Below, piece by piece: positions 1-9,683 of a stretch of DNA of 64,000 bases (positions are counted from its first letter, which is position 1; the number at the start of each line of letters is the position of its first letter). The DNA lies in the NCBI GenBank assembly GCA_964483115.1, contig CAYZZF010000002.1:5493-69492 (forward strand), read 5' to 3'. The position numbers and the translations under genes were made by a program. Source of the DNA: an uncultured Gammaproteobacteria bacterium. Its GTDB lineage: Bacteria; Patescibacteriota; Microgenomatia; Levybacterales; UBA12049. Under the pieces are notes generated by a model. It was not told the origin of the DNA. It saw only the letters and a list, made by a program, of their open reading frames with translations, and did not search any database.

Positions 1-2
1 AT

Positions 3-572
3 AAGATCATCAAAATCCAAAGCATTATTGTCTTGCAAAATCTTTTGATATAAAGGGTAAATTCTTGCAACAGTTTCTTGAAAATACCCCCTTATGTATT
101 TTGGATATTCCTCTTGCGTTATCAACTCATTTTTTGCTTCGGAAATTGTTGTAAGTATAGATGAGGGCTTAAAATCACGACTTGAAATGTTAAGCATTTT
201 CATACTTTCTTTAACCACATCTGTTTGATCCTGCTCGTCGTAAATTATGAAGTTTTGAGGAGTCCCGATATATTCCCCCTCGATTCTAAGAATTTTTGCA
301 CAGAGTGAATGGAAGGTGGCAATCGTAAGTTGCGAATGTGGAAGAAATTTCTTTATCCTTTCCTTCATCTCATTTGCTGCTTTGTTGGTAAAAGTAACCA
401 TTAAAATATTGACCGGATCTATGTTCAGTATTTTAATTAAATAAATAACTTTATAAATAAGGACTCTTGTTTTGCCACTCCCCGCGCCTGCCAGAATTAT
501 CATTGGGCCATCAGTTTCTCTAACTGCCCTTTTTTGTTCCCCGTTTAAGTCATTGAGAATGTCTTTTTTCAT
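3..572 (-). CDS. pcrA: UvrD/PcrA superfamily 1 DNA helicase, N-terminal part (runs off window start)
   Basis: Not in the ORF track. Manual translation gives MKKDILNDLNGEQKRAVRETDGPMIILAGAGSGKTRVL...ILMVTFTNKAANEMKERI, containing the Q motif, Walker A and motif Ia. Confidence 0.93.
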   Translation of the reverse strand, partial: MKKDILNDLNGEQKRAVRETDGPMIILAGAGSGKTRVLIYKVIYLIKILNIDPVNILMVTFTNKAANEMKERIKKFLPHSQLTIATFHSLCAKILRIEGEYIGTPQNFIIYDEQDQTDVVKESMKMLNISSRDFKPSSILTTISEAKNELITQEEYPKYIRGYFQETVARIYPLYQKILQDNNALDFDDL

Positions 573-615
573 AATTTATACTATAATTAATAAATCTGCT
601 TTGTAATTGTAGCAC

Positions 616-1314
616 ATGAAAAAACTTTTTATTATAGCCAATTGGAAATCAAATAAGACAATTATTGAAGCTGAAAAATGGCTTCATGATTTCCATGATA
701 AGTTTGTTTCTGAAAATATCGACCTTTCCAACAAAGAAATAATTATCTGCCCTTCATTTACTCTTTTTGAACGTGCACATTATTATTCAAAAAATTTAAA
801 TCTCCCCATAAAATTTGGCGCGCAAAATATCTCGCCCTACGATGTCGGGGCGTACACCGGGGAGGTTAACGGAAAACAGATTAAAGAGGTCGCAGACTAT
901 GTAATAATAGGCCATTCAGAGAGAAGAGATAATTTTTTAGAGAATGATGAGATGATAACAAAAAAGCTAGATATGACAAACAGATACAATCTTTGCCCAA
1001 TATTGTGCATATCGGAGCCAGCTCAAATCTCAAAAATCAGATCTCAAAGTCAAAATTTAAAACTACAAAATTTAATAATTGCCTACGAACCGTTATTCGC
1101 TATCGGATCGGGAACGCCGGATACGCCAGAGAATGCAGAAAAGATTATGCAGAATATTAAAAAAGAATTAAGAGATGTCCCTGTTTTGTATGGAGGAAGC
1201 GTAACTTCTGAGAATATTAAGGGTTTTACAAAAATGTCAAACATAGACGGAACTTTAGTAGGTGGTGCAAGCCTTGATCCTCAAGAATTTCTTAAAATAA
1301 TTAAAAATGCGTAA
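616..1314 (+). CDS. tpiA: Triosephosphate isomerase
   Basis: ANWK, GAYTGEV, IIGHSERR, IAYEP, LYGGSV and LVGGASL motifs. Confidence 0.97.
   Translation: MKKLFIIANWKSNKTIIEAEKWLHDFHDKFVSENIDLSNKEIIICPSFTLFERAHYYSKNLNLPIKFGAQNISPYDVGAYTGEVNGKQIKEVADYVIIGHSERRDNFLENDEMITKKLDMTNRYNLCPILCISEPAQISKIRSQSQNLKLQNLIIAYEPLFAIGSGTPDTPENAEKIMQNIKKELRDVPVLYGGSVTSENIKGFTKMSNIDGTLVGGASLDPQEFLKIIKNA
1021..1076 (+). repeat. Degenerate heptamer tandem array inside tpiA
   Basis: caaatct caaaaat cagatct caaagtc aaaattt..., translated as QISKIRSQSQNLKLQNL. Confidence 0.5.
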
Positions 1315-2416
1315 GAGAAAGAAATATAAAAAGATCTTTTTAATTGTAATCGTTCTTGTTGTTTTATTTTTTGCAGGAAAAGCAGCTTTAAATCTTACTA
1401 GAATAGCACCGTTTCTATTTCAGCTATTTTTTAATTATGATGTAAAACTTAAACAGAGCGATGACCATATAAATATTCTCCTTCTTGGGATAGGTGGAGG
1501 AACCCATCAAGGACCAAATTTAACAGATACTATAATCTTTGCAAGCCTTGATCCTGTTAAGAATAAAATTTCTTTAATTTCAATTCCCCGCGATCTATGG
1601 ATCCCAGATATTAATGGGAAAATAAACAGCGCTTATGCAATAGGTGAGGAGGAAAGAAATGGAGGAGGACTTGTGCTTGCCGAGGCAGTTGTTCAAAAAG
1701 TTCTTGGCCAGCCCGTTGATTATGGAGTACGAATAGATTTTAGCGGCTTTATAAAGGCAGTCGATGAAGTCGGAGGACTTGATATTAATGTTGACCGTGC
1801 TTTTGATGATTTTGAATATCCAATCGATGGTAAGGAAAATGATCCATGTGGTCGTACAGACGAAGAACTTAAGACTCTCGCAACTGCCTCATCTCAGCTT
1901 GAAGCATTCCCTTGTCGATATAAGTATATCCATTTTAATAAAGGGCTACAGCGTATGGACGGAAAAAGAGCTCTTGAGTTTGTAAGATCTCGTTATGCGC
2001 AAGGGCCGGAGGGGACTGATTTTGCAAGAAGTCAAAGACAGGAGAAAGTTATCAAAGCATTTAATGCTAAAGTACTTTCTCTTGAAACAATCTTTAATCC
2101 CGCAAGAATAATAAGCCTTTACAATATTGTCAAAACGAGTATAGACACTGATATAAAAGAGAATGAATTTGATGATTTTATAAGGCTTTATCAAAAATTA
2201 AAGACTGCAAAAATTACAAATGCGGTTTTAGATATGGGTGACGTAGAAACTAAAAGGCCTGGGCTTTTAGTAACCCCCAAACCTTTAGAAGAATATAATT
2301 ATCAATGGGTTTTGGCCCCTCGCATTGGAGATGGCAATTTTTCGGAGATTCAAAAATATGTTGATTGTGAGATAAAGACTGGGAATTGCAAAATTTCTAA
2401 AGAAGTGGGGAGGTAA
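1307..2416 (+). CDS. LCP (LytR-CpsA-Psr) family glycopolymer transferase
   Basis: N-terminal basic stretch plus TM helix; NILLLG, TDTII, SIPRD, KINSAY, FVRSR, DFARSQRQ. Confidence 0.93.
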   Translation: MRKRKKYKKIFLIVIVLVVLFFAGKAALNLTRIAPFLFQLFFNYDVKLKQSDDHINILLLGIGGGTHQGPNLTDTIIFASLDPVKNKISLISIPRDLWIPDINGKINSAYAIGEEERNGGGLVLAEAVVQKVLGQPVDYGVRIDFSGFIKAVDEVGGLDINVDRAFDDFEYPIDGKENDPCGRTDEELKTLATASSQLEAFPCRYKYIHFNKGLQRMDGKRALEFVRSRYAQGPEGTDFARSQRQEKVIKAFNAKVLSLETIFNPARIISLYNIVKTSIDTDIKENEFDDFIRLYQKLKTAKITNAVLDMGDVETKRPGLLVTPKPLEEYNYQWVLAPRIGDGNFSEIQKYVDCEIKTGNCKISKEVGR

Positions 2417-4721
2417 TTTTATAAATCTTTGTTCTACCATTTTGGTAAATAATTTTTCCTAGTTTTTGAAATTTTTGCTCCGCAAGATTTGAGTATTTTT
2501 GATATTCTAAATCACCGATAAATATGTAGCTAATTTTATATTTACCTATTAATTCTTTAGTAATATTGATATCTGTTGTCTCGTACAAAATTTGTACTTC
2601 TGGAATTCGCGGAGCAGGAACATCATAGGTTCCACGCCATAGCCATTCATGCACTGTCCAACCTAAAACAGTTGGTAATCCTGTATTGGCGGATACTCTA
2701 GCAAAATCCGTATAAGAGTCTCCTTGCGCCTCTAGAATTACAGGTTGTCCTTTTATATTTTTATTAATCCACAAAATCGCTTCGTAATCAGTAGGGTAAA
2801 GATTTTTAAGATAAGCTGTCCCATCAAGCCCATAATTTATCTTAAAATTATTATAATAAGAATTTATGGCAAAGTAGGGATAAATTGCAACTAAAATAAA
2901 AAATAAAATAGAAAAAATAAAAAATACAAAGTAAAAATTAAAAATATTTAATATTTTATATTTAATATTTAATATCAATCGAATAATAATGTAGCCTGAA
3001 GAAATTGAAAGCATAATAAAAGATTGATAGACTAGCTTAAACATGGTGTTCGCTCGATAGTAAGTTGTGTAAATGTCCTTAATATAAATAAATTCGGGAA
3101 TGATAATAAGAATTGTCGATAGTATTATAAGAAGAAGAACGAAAATATCCGAAGCGGCAAGCGTATATCGTATAGCGTTTAGTTTTTTGAAAACGAAAAT
3201 AAGAAAGGAAATAACCCAAAAATAGAAGAAGCCGTAAAGTATTAAGAGCTGCCAGATTGGTGATCTTTGACAGGTGTTTGGTTCAAAAAGAAATGGACCA
3301 ATTTTACCTCTGTCAATTAGGAATTGGGGTGGACATATGATACCAATTCCTGAAACAAAAGGTTTGAAATAGTGATTAAATGGGAAAGAAAAAAGGATGA
3401 AGAAAATGCCGATAAAAATAAGATTTAAAAACCATTTTGAAATTGGAATCTTTTTTTGAAACACAAAAAACAAAAAAACAAGAGCAATTAACAGAAAATA
3501 AATAATTCCGTCCCAAGCGTTTGTCATATACATTATTGCTAGCAAAAATGCTAGCAAAATCTCAAATCTCAAGTCGCAAATCGCAAAATTGTGATAGTTA
3601 AAATTTTTGAATTTTGAATTATAATTTTGATTTTTGATTTTTGATTTTTTATCTAACCGGTTATTACTAAATGTATTCATGAATATAGAAAAAAGTAACG
3701 CTATAGCAAAGAGAACGAGGGGTATATCTAGTACGTGTCCATGAAGATCAGAAACTACAAATGAGTAGATTGGAAATTCATGGATAGTATGATAGATAAA
3801 GCGGGTTGCATTTGGATACCAGTATGAGTTTGGAAAGGTAAAAGGAGAGAAGGATAATTGCCAAAATGGAACCGGATTGTCATTTTGGTAAGGTTTGAAA
3901 AAAGCATAGATTGTTTGTAAGTTTCCCGCAAAAGAAATAAGAAAAGCAGTCAAAAAACCGGCAATTATCGCTCGGGGTCCTGCCCCGAATTTACCTCCCG
4001 CCAGTGCTCGTTCAGATTTTTCACTGCGCGCTGTCGGGAGCCCGTCCAGTCGTGTCGCCCCTCGCATCAAAAAATATATTAGGTTTGCTCCGATTGAAAA
4101 AGAGGCAGTAAAAGTAAAAGCAAAGATAGTTGCAAGCATCAGATTAAAGGTTATATTGGAAGGAATACCAGATAATTTGGTTAAAACCGCAGTTGCTAGG
4201 TGGCCAAAATAATAATAGTTGATCGAGAAGGGCGTAAACCACATGTCCTTTGGAGGAAAATATTCGGATCTAAGAATTGAATTAACAAAACCGAAATCCA
4301 TATACTTCTCAAGTCCATGAATATCAGGTGCGTATGAGCGAACATAAGACCAAAAGAAAAGTGCGATTATAAATAGTATTTCCTCAAAAACAAAGATTAC
4401 CCATTTCTCTTTTAAGATTATTAAAAAAGCACTTTTTATTCTTAAATAGCCATTATCTATTTTAAAAACCAAAGAAAGATTAAATATCAAAAGTAAAGTC
4501 AAGATAAATGCCAATGTTAATCCAGTAAAAGGAGCTATATAGGTAACACCTAAAATAAAAGCTACATAAGAAATAATCACAGTACCAATTATTTTTGAAA
4601 AAATGTACCCTTTGTCAAAGAAGTTCTTAAAAATTCTTGTGGCTGACGGTAGAAAGATAAAACCAATTACAAAAATCACAAGCCACCATTTTAAAATAAA
4701 TATAAAATCAAAAAATTCCAT
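2397..4721 (-). CDS. DUF2298 / YYY-motif polytopic membrane protein (putative GT-C glycosyltransferase)
   Basis: EKYMDFGF, INYYYFGH, HEFP..S...DLHGH, TNAWD, RANTMFK, LGW..HE..WR. Confidence 0.85.
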   Translation of the reverse strand: MEFFDFIFILKWWLVIFVIGFIFLPSATRIFKNFFDKGYIFSKIIGTVIISYVAFILGVTYIAPFTGLTLAFILTLLLIFNLSLVFKIDNGYLRIKSAFLIILKEKWVIFVFEEILFIIALFFWSYVRSYAPDIHGLEKYMDFGFVNSILRSEYFPPKDMWFTPFSINYYYFGHLATAVLTKLSGIPSNITFNLMLATIFAFTFTASFSIGANLIYFLMRGATRLDGLPTARSEKSERALAGGKFGAGPRAIIAGFLTAFLISFAGNLQTIYAFFKPYQNDNPVPFWQLSFSPFTFPNSYWYPNATRFIYHTIHEFPIYSFVVSDLHGHVLDIPLVLFAIALLFSIFMNTFSNNRLDKKSKIKNQNYNSKFKNFNYHNFAICDLRFEILLAFLLAIMYMTNAWDGIIYFLLIALVFLFFVFQKKIPISKWFLNLIFIGIFFILFSFPFNHYFKPFVSGIGIICPPQFLIDRGKIGPFLFEPNTCQRSPIWQLLILYGFFYFWVISFLIFVFKKLNAIRYTLAASDIFVLLLIILSTILIIIPEFIYIKDIYTTYYRANTMFKLVYQSFIMLSISSGYIIIRLILNIKYKILNIFNFYFVFFIFSILFFILVAIYPYFAINSYYNNFKINYGLDGTAYLKNLYPTDYEAILWINKNIKGQPVILEAQGDSYTDFARVSANTGLPTVLGWTVHEWLWRGTYDVPAPRIPEVQILYETTDINITKELIGKYKISYIFIGDLEYQKYSNLAEQKFQKLGKIIYQNGRTKIYKITSPLL
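3556..3650. repeat. Inverted heptamer-array element, in-frame within the YYY gene
   Basis: A-rich arm (caaatct caagtcg caaatcg caaaatt) facing a T-rich arm (aattttg aattata attttga tttttga tttttga); encodes KKSKIKNQNYNSKFKNFNYHNFAICDLRFEI. Confidence 0.7.
3970..4065. mobile_element. GC-rich structured palindromic insertion (96 nt, in-frame) in the YYY gene
   Basis: Abrupt GC rise; stems tcgggg/ccccga and ctcccg/cgggag; encodes hydrophilic RGATRLDGLPTARSEKSERALAGGKFGAGPR between TM helices. Confidence 0.6.
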
Positions 4722-5274
4722 TTTTTAAATGTTTTTCTGCAAATTCTCTAAGATCTATTATGGGCACTAAATTTTTTGGAAGACGGACTTTTTTTGGAAA
4801 TGTTCCTTTCAGCCAAAAAAAATCTATTCTGGGATTTCTTTTCGACAAATATAAAAGAAGATCAAGATCGTCATCAACAAATTTTGTTAATTTTAATTTT
4901 CTTATCATTTTATCTTTTAATAAATGAGGTTGCTCATTTTCGAAATTAAAATACATTTTTTTGAAAAACTTTTTTAATTTATGTCTTTTTAGCCAAATTT
5001 CTGTTTTATTTTTTAAAAAACCAAATCTTCCAGAAATAAGAAAAATATCCAATTCATTAATTTTTGTAATTTCAGAAAGCACTTCAATGTTTTTCTTAAT
5101 TGGGGATCTTAGCATCCAATGATGTGATAAAATTCTTATTTTTTGCTCAAATTCACTTGGAAATCTGTAGACTAATTTATGATTCTTTTTTTTGTATAGC
5201 CTGTCAATAATTGAGCTTGGGATAAAAGGAGGATAATCTACAAAAACCTTATCAAAATCAAATCCTATCCTCAT
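4708..5274 (-). CDS. HAD-superfamily phosphatase / 5'-nucleotidase-like protein
   Basis: N-terminal IGFDFDKV (DxD motif), LISGR, K...FVDD. Confidence 0.7.
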   Translation of the reverse strand: MRIGFDFDKVFVDYPPFIPSSIIDRLYKKKNHKLVYRFPSEFEQKIRILSHHWMLRSPIKKNIEVLSEITKINELDIFLISGRFGFLKNKTEIWLKRHKLKKFFKKMYFNFENEQPHLLKDKMIRKLKLTKFVDDDLDLLLYLSKRNPRIDFFWLKGTFPKKVRLPKNLVPIIDLREFAEKHLKNGIF

Positions 5275-5277
5275 AAC

Positions 5278-6333
5278 TTAATATGAATTAAATAATTTAC
5301 CCCAATTTGTCTTCATAAAATTATCGATTCTTTTTCTGCCAATAAAATTATACCAGTAGCCATCATGATATAGATTGGAAGCCAAATATGACCATGGAGC
5401 AATAAAGGTTTGAAGCAATACTTTCTCAATATTTTCAGGAAGCTTATGATAAATAAATTTCTGGCCGCGTGAAGCGAAAGTATCGCTTGTTTTAAACCTC
5501 CATGAAGAAGGTAATTTTACATTAACATCAGGGGATAATGTCCCCAATTTTAATTTGTCTGCAAGCCTTAAATATTTTAATTTTTCAGGTTTAAAGCCCA
5601 TTATTTTTGCAACAACCGCATCTATGGCCACTAAATCGGATGAAGCAAAAAGATAATTTTTTTCTTCCCAATCCATTGCACGAGGACCTGAACCTTTTCC
5701 CACAATAGCTCCATCTGTCACACCTAAAATAGCAGGATGAATTTCTTTCTGGATTGTCAAAAGATCAACAATTGCCTCATGAATATATCTATGTGCAAAG
5801 TGTCTCACTTCTCCAAGCATTCCAAAATAATTCTTTATACAGCCGGTAGTGGTAGTGAATACGTGCATTTTGGCAGTGGCTAAATGGATTATGTTTTTAT
5901 TGAAAATTATTTCAGGAAGCAAAATTCCTTTCGGGAAAATTTTATCTAAAATTAGCATTTTATGCCTCGGTTTATAATAGATATACTTTTCATCAGTCAA
6001 ATAATGCATTTTCACTCCGTATTTTTTAAAAACCTTATCCCATTTATTATTTATTGTTCCCTGATAAACATTAGTGACTACAGTTCTATTTTCCAAAGGA
6101 ATTATTTTTTTAGGATTGAAGCCATCTTCAATCAAAGATTTTATAACACCCTCTAATTCCCATGGGGGAGTTGAACATGCGGGATAAAATTTAGTCCAAG
6201 ATAAATTAATTTTTAGAACCGTTTCTTTTTCTGGATTGAAATATCTTTTATATTGTGTTAATTCAAGCAGTTTTTTATAATCCTTCAAAACTGTTTCGGG
6301 TTTTGTCCTAACAAAAAATACTTTCGCCTTCAT
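5278..6333 (-). CDS. DUF362 family protein (putative Fe-S associated)
   Basis: LKINLSW...PACSTPPW, K.H.FTTTTGCIKNYFG, GSGPR, D.VAIDAV. Confidence 0.8.
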   Translation of the reverse strand: MKAKVFFVRTKPETVLKDYKKLLELTQYKRYFNPEKETVLKINLSWTKFYPACSTPPWELEGVIKSLIEDGFNPKKIIPLENRTVVTNVYQGTINNKWDKVFKKYGVKMHYLTDEKYIYYKPRHKMLILDKIFPKGILLPEIIFNKNIIHLATAKMHVFTTTTGCIKNYFGMLGEVRHFAHRYIHEAIVDLLTIQKEIHPAILGVTDGAIVGKGSGPRAMDWEEKNYLFASSDLVAIDAVVAKIMGFKPEKLKYLRLADKLKLGTLSPDVNVKLPSSWRFKTSDTFASRGQKFIYHKLPENIEKVLLQTFIAPWSYLASNLYHDGYWYNFIGRKRIDNFMKTNWGKLFNSY

Positions 6334-6356
6334 AATCTATGTATTTTAACATAAAT

Positions 6357-8057
6357 TTACTTATCATTTTTCTTGAAAATCATAACCTTAGGATGGTCAT
6401 ATACGGTGAAAGATTCATCTGCGTTCTGATCATTTATGTCTATATTTGTAAAAGGAATTTTCGGGTATATGGCAAATTCGGCTACTTTTTCAAATCTCAA
6501 TTTTCCTGAAAAAAGATTTTTATAATATTCTGCTGTCTCTCTATAGCAAGGATTAGGAAATAATTTTTGACAATCAGTTAATTTTTGAAGCGGTACATAA
6601 AGTCTGTTGGAAGCAATAATAATATAATCTGTTTGTCTTAATTCAGTGTTTATTATAGACCATTTTTGAGGAGTGTCTTGGTTGTAAAGCGCAAGAGTTA
6701 AGATATTATAATTTTGTGCTCCAAAAAGAGGCAAACTATCATCCCAATGCTCTATTGCTATTGTTTTCCCTTGTGGTATATTTTCATTTATCCAATAGGA
6801 TGCCTGAACTCTAGTGTTTGGTTTTGTATAGATATTAAGGAAAGATAAAGTCCAAGTAAAAATACTACCAATAAATACCAATACTACCAATAAATACCAA
6901 TTACCAATCCTAATCTTTAGAAAAGTGGAAAGCTTATATATAAAAACTCCGGCAAAAACGGAAAGTAAAGGGTATAGAGGTAGCATATATCTCATAAAAC
7001 CTATTGCAAAACTTCCTGTTACTAAGAAATAAGTAAAGAAAAAGGCGATGATAATTATCAACTTATAATTGATTTTTTTAATTAATGAGACAGTAACATA
7101 GATTGTTCCTGAAAAAGCCAAAATTGCCAAAAAAGGTCCCTCTCCCCAAAGAAAAATATTTTTTAATTCATAAAAATAAGGAATTTTACCTACATATTGA
7201 AGCGTATAAGGAAACACAAAGGCATTGTGCGTCATTTGATATTGCTCAAGAGTCTGTTTCTGAAACTGCGGAAAATCTAGAATTGCATAGGGCTCAAGTA
7301 TTACAAAAGTTATAATAGTTCCAAAAATTATAATTAAACCTTCTGAGAAAAGACGTTTAAGAAAAATGGGTAGATGGGAAAACCAAATATGAGGCTTATG
7401 AGGTTGACGGAGGAAAATAAACAGAAAATCAATAGCAAGAGCAAGTCCAATAGAAATAATAAGAGGCAATGCGCTTACTTTAGTTGCTAAAGATAATCCA
7501 AAAAAAAGACCAATTAACAAAGCTTTCTTTTTGCTCGGCTTTTCATAAAAAAAAGATAGCATATATAAAGTTGCAAGAATAAAAAGAGAAAGCAAAGTAT
7601 CAACTGCATAAAAATGAGATGTTTGAAGGGGAAAAACACTTATTGCATAAAAAAAGGAAGAAAATAAGGCAACTTTTTGATTGAATAATTTTCTAGCAAG
7701 AGAAAAAATAACTAAAATAACTACTAAATCAGCAAAAACAGAAATAATCCGTCCAATAATATTAATTCCCGCATAGGTTGCAAAAGATGGATTTAAGAGA
7801 CCTGCAATACTTCCAAAAATTTTAAGAAGGTAAATAGGGAAACTTCCGTAAGCAAAAAAACGAGGATTCAGTGGGCTTTGAGGAGAAAAGAATTCGCTAG
7901 CATTTGAAGGGAAATGGAGCGGAAGAGCATACATTACTATTGCTCTTTCATCAGGATGAAGATGAAATCCTTGGTCCCAATTTAATCCATATATTCTTAA
8001 AAAGCTTGCGAGAATTAAAATCCCTAATAAAAGTAAATTTATACGTAAATTCTTCAT
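6357..8057 (-). CDS. GT-C fold glycosyltransferase (PMT/ArnT, GT39/83-like)
   Basis: HPDE in first external loop, FFAYGSFP, SHF..VD, LATK, F.RY.LP, DESFTVYDHP; many TM helices. Confidence 0.85.
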   Translation of the reverse strand: MKNLRINLLLLGILILASFLRIYGLNWDQGFHLHPDERAIVMYALPLHFPSNASEFFSPQSPLNPRFFAYGSFPIYLLKIFGSIAGLLNPSFATYAGINIIGRIISVFADLVVILVIFSLARKLFNQKVALFSSFFYAISVFPLQTSHFYAVDTLLSLFILATLYMLSFFYEKPSKKKALLIGLFFGLSLATKVSALPLIISIGLALAIDFLFIFLRQPHKPHIWFSHLPIFLKRLFSEGLIIIFGTIITFVILEPYAILDFPQFQKQTLEQYQMTHNAFVFPYTLQYVGKIPYFYELKNIFLWGEGPFLAILAFSGTIYVTVSLIKKINYKLIIIIAFFFTYFLVTGSFAIGFMRYMLPLYPLLSVFAGVFIYKLSTFLKIRIGNWYLLVVLVFIGSIFTWTLSFLNIYTKPNTRVQASYWINENIPQGKTIAIEHWDDSLPLFGAQNYNILTLALYNQDTPQKWSIINTELRQTDYIIIASNRLYVPLQKLTDCQKLFPNPCYRETAEYYKNLFSGKLRFEKVAEFAIYPKIPFTNIDINDQNADESFTVYDHPKVMIFKKNDK

Positions 8058-9679
8058 AATTTTTTTTCAAAGATAAATAGTGTTGGTCTATCAAAAACAC
8101 TAGCGGTTTCTTCAAAACTAAATACCGGGTTTCCAAGATAAGTTATTTTGCAAAAAATGTCACAAGGGGTTTCATAAATTTCTATAAATCCCAATTTTTG
8201 ATTAAAAATATTATTGTAAAATTTATACCCTTTAGGAAATTGTTTTGGATTACTAAGTCTTGTATCTATAATTCTTTGGCTTGGGAAAACTGCAACTTCG
8301 TTTGTTTTTAATAGAAAAGAGAGTTCTAAGTCTTTATTTTCCATAGTATCAAGATCATAAAAATTAAAAAGAGTGATTATTGGGAAATTTCGATTAAAAG
8401 GAAGAATTCCTAGATCATAAACTTCGCTTAAAATTTTTGCATCATTTTTAACATGCTTTCTTGCCCAAGATGCAGCATCTACACGGGTATCAATTTTAGC
8501 ATAAACAGTTATAAAATAAGAAATTGCAAACACAAAATTTATTATTGTGATAAAAATTAGAAGATAATTTATAAGATTTTTTTTCAGAAAAGCGCGAAAA
8601 TCTGAGATGGCAAAGCCAATAATTAAAAATATAAAAGGCAGAGTTGGTAACACATAACGAGTCCATTTAGCAAAGAAGAAAGCTTGAGATAAAAATATTA
8701 AAAGGAAAGCTATGAGAAGTAAGAAAATATAATAGTTTTTATTTTTTATAAATATATAAATTAAATAAATAAGACAGACAACAAAAATAATTGTTGTAGA
8801 AGGATTTAGAAGAAAAGGATATATTTTGAGAAATTGATAAGCAATTGGAACAGTACCAAAAAACTCTTGCGTATAAAAAACAGGGAGTGTCCCAAGAGCA
8901 ACAGATGATTCATAGTTCATGCTAAAGAGAAAAGATTTGAAATCAAAAACAGAAAATGGGGAAAATATAAAAAAGGTTATAGCAGAAATAGTAAGAACTG
9001 AAAATAATTTCAAAAAGATCTTTTTATATTTTTTCTTTTCAATTCTTGCATTTAGAAAAATTGAGATTAATGGTATAGGAAAGAAAACAAGATTCGAAAT
9101 CTTTGTCGCTGCAAGAAAACCTAAAATCACACCTGATAGGATAATGTTTTTAAGTGTCATTTTTCTATAAATTTTTACGCTTATGAAAAATAATAAAGAC
9201 GCAAAAAAAGCACTTACCGTTTCGAATGTGCCGAAATGTGCAAATTGAATAAAACCTACACTTAAAATTGAAAATATCGAAGTAGTAATAGCTGCGGTTT
9301 TATCTTTTATTTCTTTAGCAATGAAATATAAAACGGGAATAAGAAGGGTGCTTAACAATGCAGACATAAAGCGGGAAATTAAAATGGCATTCTCAAAAGA
9401 AACTTGGGACATGGAATCAGAAATTTTAGTTTGGAAAATCACATTTTTTACAATTCCGGCAAAGAATATTAAATAAATAGGGAAACTTCCGTAAGCAAAA
9501 AAATGAGGATTCATTTGAGTTGGAAAATTAAGCTGGGAAACAGCGGCGGCAATGTTCCTTTCATCGGGATTAAAATAAAAAGGAGCGCCCCAGTCAAGAT
9601 TATAAAATCTTAAAAAAGCTCCGAAAGCCATTAAAATAAACAAGAATAACAACTCTTTGTTATTTAATATTTTTTTCAT
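8054..9679 (-). CDS. GT-C fold glycosyltransferase, paralogue of 6357..8057
   Basis: NPDER, NPHFFAYGSFP, ATK, KWTRY.LP, EETASVFDRP. Confidence 0.85.
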   Translation of the reverse strand: MKKILNNKELLFLFILMAFGAFLRFYNLDWGAPFYFNPDERNIAAAVSQLNFPTQMNPHFFAYGSFPIYLIFFAGIVKNVIFQTKISDSMSQVSFENAILISRFMSALLSTLLIPVLYFIAKEIKDKTAAITTSIFSILSVGFIQFAHFGTFETVSAFFASLLFFISVKIYRKMTLKNIILSGVILGFLAATKISNLVFFPIPLISIFLNARIEKKKYKKIFLKLFSVLTISAITFFIFSPFSVFDFKSFLFSMNYESSVALGTLPVFYTQEFFGTVPIAYQFLKIYPFLLNPSTTIIFVVCLIYLIYIFIKNKNYYIFLLLIAFLLIFLSQAFFFAKWTRYVLPTLPFIFLIIGFAISDFRAFLKKNLINYLLIFITIINFVFAISYFITVYAKIDTRVDAASWARKHVKNDAKILSEVYDLGILPFNRNFPIITLFNFYDLDTMENKDLELSFLLKTNEVAVFPSQRIIDTRLSNPKQFPKGYKFYNNIFNQKLGFIEIYETPCDIFCKITYLGNPVFSFEETASVFDRPTLFIFEKKL

Positions 9680-9683
9680 TTAA

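Noticed and set aside
6357-9679. Diversity-generating retroelement TR/VR pair suggested by shared sequence between the two GT-C genes
   Set aside because: The similarity is confined to a conserved protein motif (FFAYGSFPIYL) of paralogues, and there is no reverse transcriptase in the window.
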